DNA of 63,783 nucleotides, the filler included, from Octopus bimaculoides (taxonomy: Eukaryota), in assembly GCF_001194135.2 (NCBI RefSeq). It is 5 parts of 5 records of this genome, joined end to end, with 100 filler letters (N's around TTAATTAATTAA, not from the genome) between each part and the next. Parts side by side here need not be neighbours in the genome. Positions count along the whole stretch, not along the records: positions 1 to 29,623 come from NC_068983.1; 4 more parts are not named here. One strand, written 5' to 3'. Both the position numbers and the translations under genes were made by a program. Positions 11,583 to 23,720 of this stretch are shown one piece after another; position 1 is the stretch's first letter; each line of letters begins with the position of its first letter. The notes under the pieces are model-generated. The model was not told where the DNA came from and did no database searches. It saw only the letters and a list, made by a program, of their open reading frames with translations.

Positions 11583-11793
11583 ACCGCCTGACTGGCCTTC
11601 GTGCCAGTGGTACGTAAAAGCACCCACTACACTCTCTGAGTGGTTGGCGTTAGGAAGGGCATCCAGCTGTAGAAACTCTGCCAAATCAGATTGGAGCCTG
11701 GTGTAGCCATCTGGCTTCACCAGTCCTCAGTCAAATCGTCCAACCCATGCCAGCATGGAAAGTGGACGTTAAACGACGATGATGATGATGATG
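11583..11793 (+). mobile_element. RTE LINE 3' end, short and near-consensus
   Basis: Same terminal ~200 bp ending ggacgttaaacgacgatgatgatgatgatg. Confidence 0.9.
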
Positions 11794-11810
11794 AATAAAT
11801 TAATAGCATA

Positions 11811-11850
<40 letters not shown>

Positions 11851-12947
11851 GGTTTTCTATGCATTGAATTTGAAGGACTCCCTTAACTATAGATAGTGAT
11901 TAGATTTAAAAAGTTCGCTCTGCATAAACTTCTGATGTAAATTCATAAACTTGTATTCCTGATCTCTTACATTTATAGCATGTTGCTAATCAACTTACTT
12001 GTACGTCATGTATGAAATATAGGTATTACAGTGTGATAAAGGAGTTTCTTCGTAACTGCTTAGCTTCAGATTTGATTCTACTGTATGGCACTTTGCGTAA
12101 ATGTCTTCTGCTATAGCCTCAGTTTGGCCAATATCATGTGAGTGGAAATTGGTAGATGGAAAGTGTGTGTGTGGGCCTGCATACATGTATATCTTTCACT
12201 TATGCCTCAATGTACAATATAAACATTGGCAAGAAAACTGAAAAAGATATTAAAAAAACAAAACACACACACAAAAAAAAAAAATTTATAAATGCTGTCC
12301 CCTGCATCAAGTTAGACAGTTATCTCTTTTGCCATCAAAAATGCTGAATCTGATTAATCAGTTGGAAACCGATGACCAGTGCTTCTTTTCAAGAATTATG
12401 GTATTAAATAATAATAACAAAATGCATACAAATGCTTCCATTAACTAATGTATTTGTTTGTTTATTTTATATCGTACATTTTGTGAATAAAAGTATCATT
12501 GGTTATAGGCTTCCAGTGAGGTAGTCACTGGTTTATTACAATTTTAATGATAGGAATCAAAAAGGACTGTTTTTACAAGTTGGGTGAAGTAAATACAAGG
12601 TATTCTTGCTTGAATACCGTAGTTCACCAGTCTTTTCACTGTTCTGTACATTTTTAGTCAATATTTACTGGTGGCAGAGAGTCATTTTGTAAATATTCTG
12701 TTCCAAATTTGATGCCACTGTGCAGTATTTTAAATCAATGTTTTCTACAGTAGCAGGGTGGACCCAAGGGGGAGCTTGAGGGCACATGCTCCCCTCAAGA
12801 AAATTGTATCCTTCAAAATAATGTTACTACACCCTTTTCTCCTGGAATTGTATTCCCTTCTGACCTTGTGCCCTCCTAGGTCTGTACCTGAAAAGCCTCA
12901 GTTGGATAAAAGCTTGAGGGAAATCTGGTAAACAGAAACTGGTAGAA

Positions 12948-12985
<38 letters not shown>

Positions 12986-13686
12986 ACATATTCTATGTGT
13001 ATATCACTGTTATATCTCTTCAAAATAATAAACCTTGGTATTTTGTTATTTAGTGAAGAAAGTGTTAGGTTAAATACTGGTCAATATGATTGGTTATATA
13101 CGTAGAAACAGTGCTCCAATTATTGCCATGATTGAATGGTTGAAATCAGTAAATAAATACGCATGTGCATGTGCACATGCAAACGTGTGTGCACACTTAC
13201 ATGCACTAGGTTTCTGCACAGTTTTTATCTATCAATTTTTTCCTGAGACTTGGACCAATCCAATACTCTGATAAAAGACTCTTGCCTGTAATGCTGTGCA
13301 GTAGCGATGAACCTGGAATCACATAATTATGAACCAGTATATCTTAAGTGGTTTATTCTTTTTTCCTAAATGGTTTATTCTTCTATCAGTTGAGTAAGTA
13401 ATAATTTATAGGAAGTACGGTAATTGCTTTTGAGTATATTTTACCCATTCAGAAAATGGTTGCTATATCCATAATTCAGTTTACAATTAATTCATTATTC
13501 TAAAACTCTTTTATTATAGTCAAAATAATATCAATTATCAAGATTGGTTTAGATTCCCATTCCCTTTTTTTTTTATATGAAATAAAAATATTTGTACAGA
13601 ATTGTAAATTGATGGCTTTTATTGAAAATATCAGGTAAAATTTTATTGAAATTTCAGATAAAATTGATTATTACTTGTGTTTACAG

Positions 13687-13781
13687 GTACTTGAAAATGT
13701 AGTTGAAACAGAAGAGAAACATGTTGGGGAGATGCGAACATTACTTCAGAAATATATTCGACCATTACGAAACAATAATGT
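13687..13781 (+). CDS. ARHGEF7: PIX-family RhoGEF, DH-domain exon 1
   Basis: ttacag acceptor; VLENVVETEEKHVGEMRTLLQKYIRPLRNNN (DH conserved region 1, E-x-E); GTAAGT donor at 13782; 95 nt, phase 2 out. Confidence 0.92.
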
Positions 13782-14132
13782 GTAAGTTGATGATGAATTT
13801 CTCCCAAGAGTGTTACATACGGAATGAATTTCGATTTTTTTTTTTTTTTTTTAAATTTATTCTATTAAAAAAAACAGAAGTAGAGTCTCATATTGTATCA
13901 CTGAAAAATTCCATGTGGCGAATGCATTTTTTTTAAAGCCTATTCTCTTTTCTTCATATCAGCAGGTGCTTTAAAATAGGGGTGATTTCTATATCACAGG
14001 AACTATTATTTGCACATTTACAGAAGCATTGAGCATATTTTAGCTTAAAACAATGGATTTAGCAATAAAGATGAAACAAAAAAGTTAAGCGAAAAGACAC
14101 TGCCATCTTACACACGCACACGCACACGCACG

Positions 14133-14179
<47 letters not shown>

Positions 14180-15131
14180 TCTTTGAGAGATTGTTCATTT
14201 GAGTTTTCCTTTAAAATCTGTAAAAAATGTATTGTAGTCCATTTTGTTTGATGTTGATAAGATTCACTTTAATTATGAAGATTAGCTGTGATTTATTTTA
14301 GTAATAAAGTAATAAACCCATAAGTATTATGACTAGTGTGTTTGAAACAATTACCTTGTTTATATGGAGGTTTGTTTGTTATACCTTTTGTTTGTTTCAT
14401 TCATTTAACTGTTATCATTTAGCTTTTCATTACTATATTCTCTTTATCTTAAAGATTAATATACTAAAACAATTATTACCTTGAATTTTCATTTGCAATG
14501 AGATCTTTTTAATTCATAACATCATTCATATATTTTATTTGCATATTTAAAATAATTGAATTTACAAAGCTTTTTAAATGAAAACCATTTCCTTGAAATG
14601 CTAAACATTATGTATTAATTTGAACAGAAACCTTTGAAAATTATTTTTCCAAGAATTCTTCTTATTTGACTATCTGAGAAAGTTATAAGTTTTAATTTAT
14701 TTTATGTGCATGCAATATGCATTGGTATGTTTCTGAATAAGTACACTGATGTGTATACTTTCCTGGTTAAGTTTCACTGAACTCTTCAGTAATATTTTCT
14801 TGGAACAAAACCTAATCTTTTGTTTAATTAATTGTAGAATAACCATTCTACGTTCAGTAGTTGATTCTTGGCAGTTATTGTTTTTGACTCAGATCGTCTC
14901 TGATTGAACAGACGGAAGGCGGTTGAGCCACAGTTGTCCCTGTCATTTTATGAGTATCTCTAGAACTACATTACTCAATGTATCTTTCTTTTTTCCAAGA
15001 TGATAGTTTGATTTGAGTGACAATAAGTTGCTACATATTGATTCCTCATGTACAGCATGAGACTATCATGAAAAAAGTAAACATGGGCAAGTCTTAGAAT
15101 TATCTTACCTTGTGACACTCCATATATACTT

Positions 15132-15672
15132 ATCATCATCATCATCATCATCATCGTTTAACGTCCGCTTTCCATGCTAGCATGGGTTGGACGATTTGAC
15201 TGAGGACTGGTGAAACCGGATGGCAACACCAGGCTCCAGTCTGATTTGGCAGAGTTTCTACAGCTGGATGCCCTTCCTAACGCCAACCACTCAGAGAGTG
15301 TAGTGGGTGCTTTTACGTGTCACCCGCACGAAAACGGCCACGCTCGAAATGGTGTCTTTTATGTGCCACCCGCACAAGCCAGTCCAGGGGCACTGGCAAC
15401 GATCTTACTTGGCTTGCCGGGTCTTCTCACACACAGCACATTTCCAAAGGTCTCGGTCAGTAGTCATCGCCTTGGTGAGGCCCAATGTACGAAGGTCTTG
15501 CCTCACCACCTCAGCCCAGGTCTTCCTGGGCCTACCTCTTCCACGGGTTCCCTCAACTGTTAGGGTGTGGCACTTTTTCACACAGCTATCCTCATCCATT
15601 CTCACCACATGTCCATACCAGCGCAATCGTCTCTCTTGCACACCACAAATGATGCTTCTTCTAATGTTCAGC
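15132..15672 (-). mobile_element. RTE LINE young 5'-truncated copy (ORF C-terminus + shortened 3' UTR)
   Basis: Minus ORF RRSIICGVQERRLRWYGHVVRMDEDSCVKKCHTLTVEGTRGRGRPRKTW..DRDLWKCAVCEKTRQAK*; (CAT)n at 15132-15155. Confidence 0.93.
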
Positions 15673-15846
15673 ACCGGTTATAAGGTTATAAACTAATAAA
15701 CCTTGTAGTTCTTTATAATTCACTCATTTCATTTGAAACATGCTGCAAGAAACATGGTGGCCATGGAAAGCATTTTTATTATTTAATTGTTTGTTTATTT
15801 ATCTTTTTTATTTTTATTTATTATAATTGTTTTTTTTTCTTTTCAG

Positions 15847-15942
15847 ATTAACTCAGGCAGAATTTAGTCAACTCACTGGTAATCTTGAAGAGATTTTTGC
15901 TTTTCAACAAAAATTTTTATCTTCTTTAGAAGAAGTTAATAA
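15847..15942 (+). CDS. ARHGEF7: PIX-family RhoGEF, DH-domain exon 2
   Basis: Long T tract + ttcag acceptor; (V)LTQAEFSQLTGNLEEIFAFQQKFLSSLEEVN(K); GTAAGA donor at 15943; 96 nt, phase 2 in and out. Confidence 0.92.
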
Positions 15943-16040
15943 GTAAGATATAATTTTAAGTCAGTTTTACTGTTATTAATATGATCATGTTATATACTAG
16001 GAATCATCTGTGTGTGTGTGTGTGTGTGTGTGTGGATATT

Positions 16041-16435
16041 CTTTTATTCTTTTACTTGTTTCAGTCATTTGACTGCGGCCATGCTGGAGCACCACCTTTA
16101 GTCAAGCAAATCGACCCCCAGGACTTATTCTTTGTAAGCTTAGTACTTATTCTATCGGTCTCTTTTGCCGAACCGCTAAGTTACAGGGATGTTGTGTGTG
16201 GGGGGGGGGGACAAACACAGGCACACAAACATATACACATATATATATATATATACATACATACATATATACGACAGGCTTTTTTCAGTTTCCGTCTACC
16301 AAATCCACTCACAAGGCTTTGGTCGGCCCGAGGCTATAGTAGAGGACACTTGCCCAAGGTGTCACGCAGTGGGAATGAACCTGGAACCATGTGGTTGGTG
16401 AGCAAGCTACTTACCACACACCCACTCCTGCGCCT
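16041..16435 (-). mobile_element. Bipartite tRNA-derived SINE (OK-like) with internal microsatellite
   Basis: Reverse complement of the 42346-42767 copy: tRNA-like head, cttgggcaagtgtc..gccttgtgagtggatttggtagacggaaactgaaa body, TA/CA array, then 3' module ..ccagcatggccgcagtcaaatgactgaaacaagtaaaag. Confidence 0.88.
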
Positions 16436-16879
16436 ATGTATAAGCATGTGGATGGGTGGGTGTTCTTTTGTGCATTGAGTGCAAATGATTTGAATGTCCC
16501 CTTGCATCCTCTCCTGCCAGCTGGTTTGTTGGCATTGAGAATGGTCAGCTGAAATACTTGAATGCTTGCACAAGGCTTTCCCAAGACTAGCACTATTTTT
16601 TTTTTTTTTAACCCCCCAATAACAGAAGGTGGGACCTGAATTAAGAGTTTATAGGGCTGCAACAGGCACATAGGCTGACATACTAACATTCTACCAGCAA
16701 ATCCAGGATGGAAATAATTGTCAGTAAAATTCCTTGCTATGCTCCTATAAGTTATTAGTAAACTAAAATTGGCATTTTTAAATTCTTGAACATTACTGGT
16801 GCATTTCATATCTGTGGTTCTCTTCAATAACTAACTGTATCAGGCATATACATCATATGTAACTTGAGTGTAATTTGTG

Positions 16880-17212
16880 AAGGCTCATGGCTCAGTGGTT
16901 AGAGTGCTGGGCTCACAGTCATTATTTTGTGAGTTTGATTGCTGGACTGTGTGCTGTGTTCTTGAGCAAGACACTTTATTTTGCATTGCTCCAGTTCACT
17001 CAGCTGTAGAAGTAAGTTGCGACGTCACTAGTGCCAAGCTGTATTGGCCTTTGCCTTTCCCTTGGATAATATTGATGGCATGGAGAGGGGAGGCTGGTAT
17101 GCATGAGCAATTGCCGGTCTTCCATAAACAATCTTGCCCAGACTTGTGCCTCAGAGGGTAACTTCCTAGGTGCAATCCCATGGTCGTCCATGATTGAAGG
17201 GGTCTTAATCCT
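16880..17212 (+). mobile_element. tRNA-derived SINE, third family (CORE/V-like middle)
   Basis: A-box-like tggctcagtggttagagtg; ttcttgagcaagacacttt..ttgctccagttcactcagctg, shared with the 51063-51305 copy. Confidence 0.65.
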
Positions 17213-17431
17213 TTTAACTTGAATGATTATTTTTAATGAGTATCACTGCAATGTCAGGGTTTTTACAACTTAAAAATCATAAGTTTCTTCTAACTCTTGA
17301 ATGTAACCAAGTCTACCTGATATTCTAGCGTGGTTAATTTGCATTAACCACAGGCAACTTTTCAATGCTAAAATTTCCTACAAATTTTGTTTTTGCCAAA
17401 AATTTTAGGCCTTAATATTTTTGATAATATT

Positions 17432-17622
17432 AAGGTAGTGAGCCAGTAGAATTGTTCACATGCTGGGCAAAATGCTTAGCAGTCTTTTGCCCATCTTTAT
17501 GTTCTGAGTTCAAATTCCTATGTAGTCAATTTTGCCTTTCATCCTTTCAGGGTCACTAAAATTGAATTGACTTACTCCTCCACTGAAATTGCTGGCCTTA
17601 TGCCAAAATTTGAAATCAGTAT
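17432..17622 (+). mobile_element. Meta-core SINE, subtype B tail, diverged
   Basis: aaggtagtgagccagtagaa..gttctgagttcaaatt..gtcaattttgcctttcatcctttcagggtc..gaaattgctggccttatgccaaaatttgaaa. Confidence 0.75.
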
Positions 17623-18068
17623 TTCTGATAATGGTATCATGGCACCCAACCCATACACTTGATTTCAATCACATATACCTAGATTTAATTGGTTGCCTGG
17701 TTTAATTCTACTGTCAAGCATCCTGAGTTGTCTTTAGCAGAGTTCACTTTGTTGTAAACATTCATACCAGGTTTCAGGTTTGAGGCTACCTTTCTCCTTC
17801 CCTTCCACCAGTCTTGGGAACCATGTAAAGCGTCAGGGGCACTGTTGTCCCTCCTGATTAAATGATATATATATGTGTATGTATGTATATAAGGTACATT
17901 TTGTTTTTAATTTTGAATTAATTATAGCAAATGATTTGAATGCATGAATGAGCATTTGTGACTTGTCGCTTTATATTCGTCATCAGCCAGAATTGTATTT
18001 TGGAAATTATTTGTTGTGTCGTTATCATTCATTTGATTCATGTACCTATTTTCTATCTTCTGATTTAG

Positions 18069-18191
18069 GCTTCCTTCTGTCCAACGACGTATGGGCGGAG
18101 TATTTATGGAACACGCTTCCACTCTAAAAGAACTTTACTTGGTTTACTGTTCTAATCACCCGTCTGCTGTTGCTATTTTACAAGCGAAATG
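18069..18191 (+). CDS. ARHGEF7: PIX-family RhoGEF, DH-domain exon 3
   Basis: tttag acceptor; (K)LPSVQRRMGGVFMEHASTLKELYLVYCSNHPSAVAILQAK; YCSNHPSAV matches PIX YCANHPSAV; GTAAGA donor at 18192; 123 nt, phase 2 in and out. Confidence 0.93.
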
Positions 18192-19494
18192 GTAAGAAGA
18201 GAGAAATACTTTGTATGCTTATTAATTTAGTTTTGGCTTCATATGCATTTACATGTTTACGTTTTAGAATGTCAACATGATTATCTTTTGTTGTTAGTAA
18301 TTATACATGACATTTCAAATATAGTATTGCTGACAGGAACTGTATGACACTCACAGTCCCATTATTATTGCTACAAAACACATGATGCATTACATTATTA
18401 TGATCCAGCAAATGGTAATCTACATGACCACAAGCATGGCTGTTAAGAAGTTTGCTTTGCAGTCATCTGGTTTTGAGTTCAATACTCCTGCACTACACAA
18501 AACTTTGGGCAAATGGCTAGTGTCATAGCCCTAAGCTGTTCAATGCTTACAAGTTGAACTTAGAAGATGGAAAAGGTAAAAGATTGTCTTTGCCTTTATG
18601 TTGTCTTCTGCTTCAGTAAGCATCCCTGTATCTGCAAATGAATTTAAAAACTTCAGGGAGGTTCAGGCTGGGTAGATGTAGGTTTTCTAAATGCTGAGGA
18701 TCAGGGATTAGGGTTAATTTCTAAAAGAATTGAAAGTTTGAAAAAAGATATTAATCTCAAAATACATAATTTCTGTTGTATTTTAAATGTTGAATTAAAA
18801 ATAGAGAAAAACAAAATTTGGTTAAAAAGGTAGCAAAAATGGGGGAAGAGAAAATTAAGATTTTGAAAAGCTGTTTTTTTTTTTCATTTTCTTCTTTTTT
18901 TCCCCCCTTTGGTAGTGTGTGTAAAGTTGTAAATTCTGTGGATTAAAATATAGGAGTCTGAAGAAATTTTCAGTTTTAGGAAAAAAATAAATAAATGGAG
19001 TGACTATTTAACACCTCCATCCACACATAAGTATGTGTGTGTACTTTTATTTAAGTATATTGTTGAAAGATTTAAACGTTTGTGAGAAAACTGGTAAACC
19101 AGTGCTTTCAATGATTAAAACAACAAAATCAAAACTGGTATTTTTTCTCCCTCAGTTGTTCTGTCATTCTCCATCAAAAAAGCCAGTGAACTGTTAGAAA
19201 TCGAGAAACATTTTGGTATCAAATGTGATATAAAATTTACATTTTTTAGATGAAAGCAATTGTTATCTTGATTTGGAGTGAAGTAGCTTTTAGACAACTT
19301 GTCTCAGAATGTTCATTCTCAAATAAAGATATTTTCGTTGAGCAGACTCTACTGATTATTTTTGTAGACTGCTTGAAGCTGGAGAAATTTATTTCAAGTT
19401 AAAAATAAGTTTTATTTTCATTTATTTTAAAGTTAAATGTTAATGCTCTTTCAGCATCATGGTTTCCTTACTCCATTTTATTTCTGTTCTGCAG

Positions 19495-19633
19495 GGAAGA
19501 ACTTAGCAAATTTATGGAATACCTTGGTGCTCCTGTTCCTGGTGCGATGACCTTAACTACAAATCTTTCTAAACCATTCACACGTCTTGATAAATATCCA
19601 AGCTTGCTTAGGGAATTGGAAACTCATATAGAG
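19495..19633 (+). CDS. ARHGEF7: PIX-family RhoGEF, DH-domain exon 4
   Basis: tgcag acceptor; (W)[46 protein letters not shown]; LSKPF.RLDKYP.LL.ELE is characteristic of PIX; GTAACA donor at 19634; 139 nt, phase 0 out. Confidence 0.94.
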
Positions 19634-19734
19634 GTAACATTTTTTTTATTACTTTTATTGTCATATATAACTGTCAACATTAGATTTACAGAATATTAGA
19701 TTATATATATTAGATTAACTATTAGATAATACAT

Positions 19735-19990
19735 ATTATCACTTTTATGTCCACTTTTCCATGTTGGCAAAAGTTGGATGGATTGTCACAACTCAAGTCA
19801 TTTTTTAGTTAGAGTTATTGCCCTCCTAGATGGGTCAGGCATCACATCTCACTTGCATGTTCCACATATTTTAATTTGGTTTCTATGCTTCGATACTTTT
19901 ATCACCAACCTCTTTACGGAGTGTACTGGTACACTTCATCATGGCACCATCACTTGATAAGTTGTCTTGTCCCCAACAATACTAATGAAT
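19735..19990 (-). mobile_element. Old RTE 3' UTR copy
   Basis: ttttatgtccacttttccatgttggc..gttggatgg and gtgtactgg resemble the family terminus; heavily diverged. Confidence 0.5.
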
Positions 19991-20875
19991 CTTCTCTATC
20001 TTGTTTCCATGTGATAACAAGCATCAGAAGGTTGTCTTGTCTGTGGAAAAAGTAAAAAGAGTCCCTTCTTTCCTGCATTTTCTTCATGCATTTGTCCCTT
20101 TTTCTCTCATGTAACTGTGTGGGTTGAGAGTGAGAGGATGATAGAAGTGTAAAAGAGAAGAACCAGGGTGATGAGAGTAAGTGGGTGATAAGAGTAATGA
20201 GAGAGAGAGAGAGAGAGAGAAGAAGAGAGAGCTAGCTACATAACATTTGTTGGTAAGGAGATTGAATAATCACCATAATTATCAATTTTTACTTGCTATC
20301 AAATGTGTAATCGTTTCTTTCATTGCTATTCCTTAGCTTCACATAATCCTTTATCCAGTAGACAAAAACATTGTAGCTGTGTGTGACCATTCACATTTTT
20401 CAAGATATAGTGTATTTAGTACTACATTATCTAATATGTCTTTTTTGAAGTCAGTTGGGCATGATTTGATGGAAATTTGACTGTATTTCTAACAAGTTGT
20501 GCAATTACATAGAGAAGCAGATTAGTTGAAACTTATTACTGGTAGAATTTTAGTAGCTATAGTTTGAGAAGTATATAGAAAAGTGTATGAATACTTTATC
20601 CATGCAATAGGTTGATGAATTATGTGCTGGATAAAATATTCTTCAGAGTAAAATTTCTCAAATAATGGCTTCACAAACAATGATTTTAATCTGAAGATTA
20701 TTATACTTACTATACATACTGACACTACTGGGGAAAAAAGTGAAATTTAGTTGAGTAGAATTTGATCTTAGAAATGTGAGATTATAAATCTCGGTATCAA
20801 AAATTGCATATTGCTTCGTTAGAGCCCTTTTTTGTTTTTGATTAATAATATGGTTGTTGTATATGAGAAAAATTT

Positions 20876-21405
20876 CATCATCATCATCATCATCATCATC
20901 GTTTAACGTCCGCTTTCCATGCTAGCATGGGTTGGACGATTTGACTGAGGACTGGTGCAACCGGATGGCTACACCAGGCTCCAATCTAATTTGGCAGAGT
21001 TTCTACAGCTGGATGCCCTTCCTAACGCCAACCACTCAGAGAGTGTAGTGGGTGCTTTTACGTGTCACCTGCACGAAAACGGCCACGCTTGAAATGGTGT
21101 CTTTTATGTGCCACCTGCACAAGAGCCAGTCCAGGGGTGCTGGCAACAATCTCGCTCGAAAACCCTACAAGGCCAGTCAGGCGGTACTGGCAACGGTCAC
21201 GCTCAGGATGGTACATCTTATGTGCCACCCACACAAGAGCCAGTCCAGGGGCACTGGCAACGATCTCACTTGGCTTACCGGGTCTTTTCACGCACAGCAC
21301 ATTTCCAAAGGTCTCAGTCAGTAGTCATCGCCTCGGTGAGGCCCAATGTTCGAAGGTCTTGCCTCACCACCTCAACCCAGGTCTTCCTGGGCCTACCTCT
21401 TCCAC
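20876..21405 (-). mobile_element. RTE LINE young 5'-truncated copy
   Basis: The first ~230 bp are nearly identical to the 15132 copy; carries more 3' UTR units and ends in GRGRPRKTW-encoding sequence. Confidence 0.93.
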
Positions 21406-21754
21406 TGGTTATACAATTATACATAGAAGTATATCCAATAAACTAGTGGCTGCATAGTTCTTATAGTTAAAAAAAAAACAATCTCTATTGTTTCTTGACA
21501 GTTGGAATTTTACTACTTTCAAATTAAACTGATATATTATATTCTTTGAAATGATAAATTTGGCTAAATTTTGCATACACAATTGGCAACAGAAAACAGT
21601 ATACCAAACTTGGCAAAAAGGAAGATTTTCAATAAAATTTATAAAGAATACTGTTGATAACCCCCTCCTCTCACCCTCCACCCCACTGAATTGATGTCCC
21701 TGATAATTTTACCATAACATGGAAATTCGTAACACAAGAACCTATTTACCATTG

Positions 21755-21935
21755 ACTTCCATGCTACATGGAAGTCAATAGCAGATAGATTTCATGGGTG
21801 GTTGGTGTTAGGGAGGGCATCCAGCTGTATAAACCATGCCAAAACAGACAGTGAAGCCTGATGCAGTCTTCTAGCTTGCTGGCTCCTGTCAACCCGACCA
21901 ACCCATGCTAGTATGAAAGACGGACGTTAAATGTT
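21755..21935 (+). mobile_element. Old RTE 3' end
   Basis: ggttggtgttagggagggcatccagctgtataaaccatgcc..acccatgctagtatgaaagacggacgttaaatg. Confidence 0.7.
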
Positions 21936-23449
21936 ATGGAATTCCACATTGTAGCAATATTGCTAGGAATACAATGGTTCCTTTAGGTGGAGAATGTCTA
22001 TACCATTGTAGTCAGCATGATGAATATTTAAGAAGACAAAAAAAAAGTATGTAATGACGGAGGAAATAAACGAGCGCTCTCATTCCTGAAATTTGGCAAA
22101 GAATATTGGGAAATTAATGTTTCAGCTTTTCTTTATAATAATGCACTCTTTTTTTTTTTTTGCTTACCTCTGAAAAAGAAAAAGAATGTGTTTTTGAGAC
22201 AGCTTGAAATATAAGCAGAGTTATGTACCTTGATTAGAGTTGACAATTAGGTTGTGGATTCAGACTCTCGTCACGACATACTGAACTTGAGCCGCTATAA
22301 AATTTTTGAAAATGAATGTTTTTACAATATTGATTTTAATTATTACAGCATATTAATGCAATTTGGTCGAAAAGGAAACTAGGTGGAAGCTTGTATGTGT
22401 TTGTGTTTATCAGTGTGTTGAGTTGTGCCCCTTAACGGGGGAAAAAGGAAAAAAAAAAAGCGAAATTGAATCATTTGATAAAATCAGGCCGAGACAAAAA
22501 TAAATCAATCTGATCTAATTAAACCTTTGAAAATGGTTCCCCAGCATATCTTCGTACTTGTATGAGATGTATTTTCTCTCGGAAAGGAGATAATCTTCAA
22601 GAAGTTCTTGGTGAATCACCTATTTAATGCTGATTGAGAAGATAAGAATATTATCACTTCAGAACTCCCATAAAATTTCAAACTTCATCCACGAATCTTT
22701 AAATACATAACAGTTATTGAATAGCTTAGGGTGATAAAAATTTTAGATTATCGACACAAATTTTAAGTCTATTTCTTGATTCTACTACTTACTAGCTGAG
22801 CTGTTAAGTCCAGAGGATGAAGTCTGTACCTATAAGATTCGAATTATTGACATTTTTTATACACCTGATATTTACGCTAACTTGCCAAAACACTAATAAT
22901 AAGCAAATATCGAAGAAATACATAAGTGAAAAAAGAAAAAAGGTCAAGGGAATTAATTCAAGTATGGAAGAGTAATGCCCCTTACTTTTAAGCGCAGTCA
23001 GTCTTATGTGTGTATTTTAGCACGTATACTACAGTTTGTTTTTATTGTTCAGTTATAATAAAAACAATTTTACATTAATCTGGTGGGTTACTCTATTCTT
23101 TTGGAGAGTAAAAGTTTATCATTCTAAAACAAGAACGTTGTTGACAGTGACTCCGAAGTTTCGGCTAGCTAAGCCATTTCCGGACTATGATGCATTAAAG
23201 TTAGCTGTGTTTGTGTGCGTCCGTGTATATATGTACTTTCATGATGAATCCTTGAAAGGCATGGAAGCACTGTATAAATAGTTTTTATCCAAATCCTGAC
23301 TACCTTGTTTTTCTTCATATATAAAACCTGTACACCCCTTCAGACAATTTACATATATGTAGCTGTGTGGCATTCGATCATATAAAGAATATATAAATAT
23401 ACGCATATACCCATACATATATGTACGTACCTACATATATATGTATATA

Positions 23450-23646
23450 TACATGCATATATGGGTACAGGACATCGAAAAACACGTTAAACACAATGAG
23501 AAACGAAAATATAAAAACGAAAACATAGAAAACAAACTTTTTTTTAACAACGAAAAAAAACAGACAGAAATACGAGACATGCAACATAAAGAGTATACTC
23601 CTTCGTCAGTTGTCTCTGTTTGATCTACTCCGCGTTTCAAAGGCAT
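23450..23646. mobile_element. Fold-back family half copy
   Basis: Begins tacatgcatatatgggtacaggacatc, as at 6287; minus strand contains GAAACgcggaGTA..CTGACGAaggag. Confidence 0.7.
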
Positions 23647-23675
23647 ATATATGTATNNNNNNNNNNNNNNNNNNN

Positions 23676-23717
<42 letters not shown>

Positions 23718-23720
<3 letters not shown>

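Noticed and set aside
12750-12895. Small GC-rich MITE (cagggtggaccc...ggtctgtacctg)
   Set aside because: The terminal inverted match is weak and there is no TSD; not supportable without a repeat library.
15210-15563. Recurrent ORF MKPDGNTRLQSDLAEFLQLDALPNANHSESVVG (also 2906, 10431, 11466, 29208, 29676, 32076)
   Set aside because: It is the antisense reading of the LINE 3' UTR; it recurs because the repeat recurs, and frames break differently in each copy.
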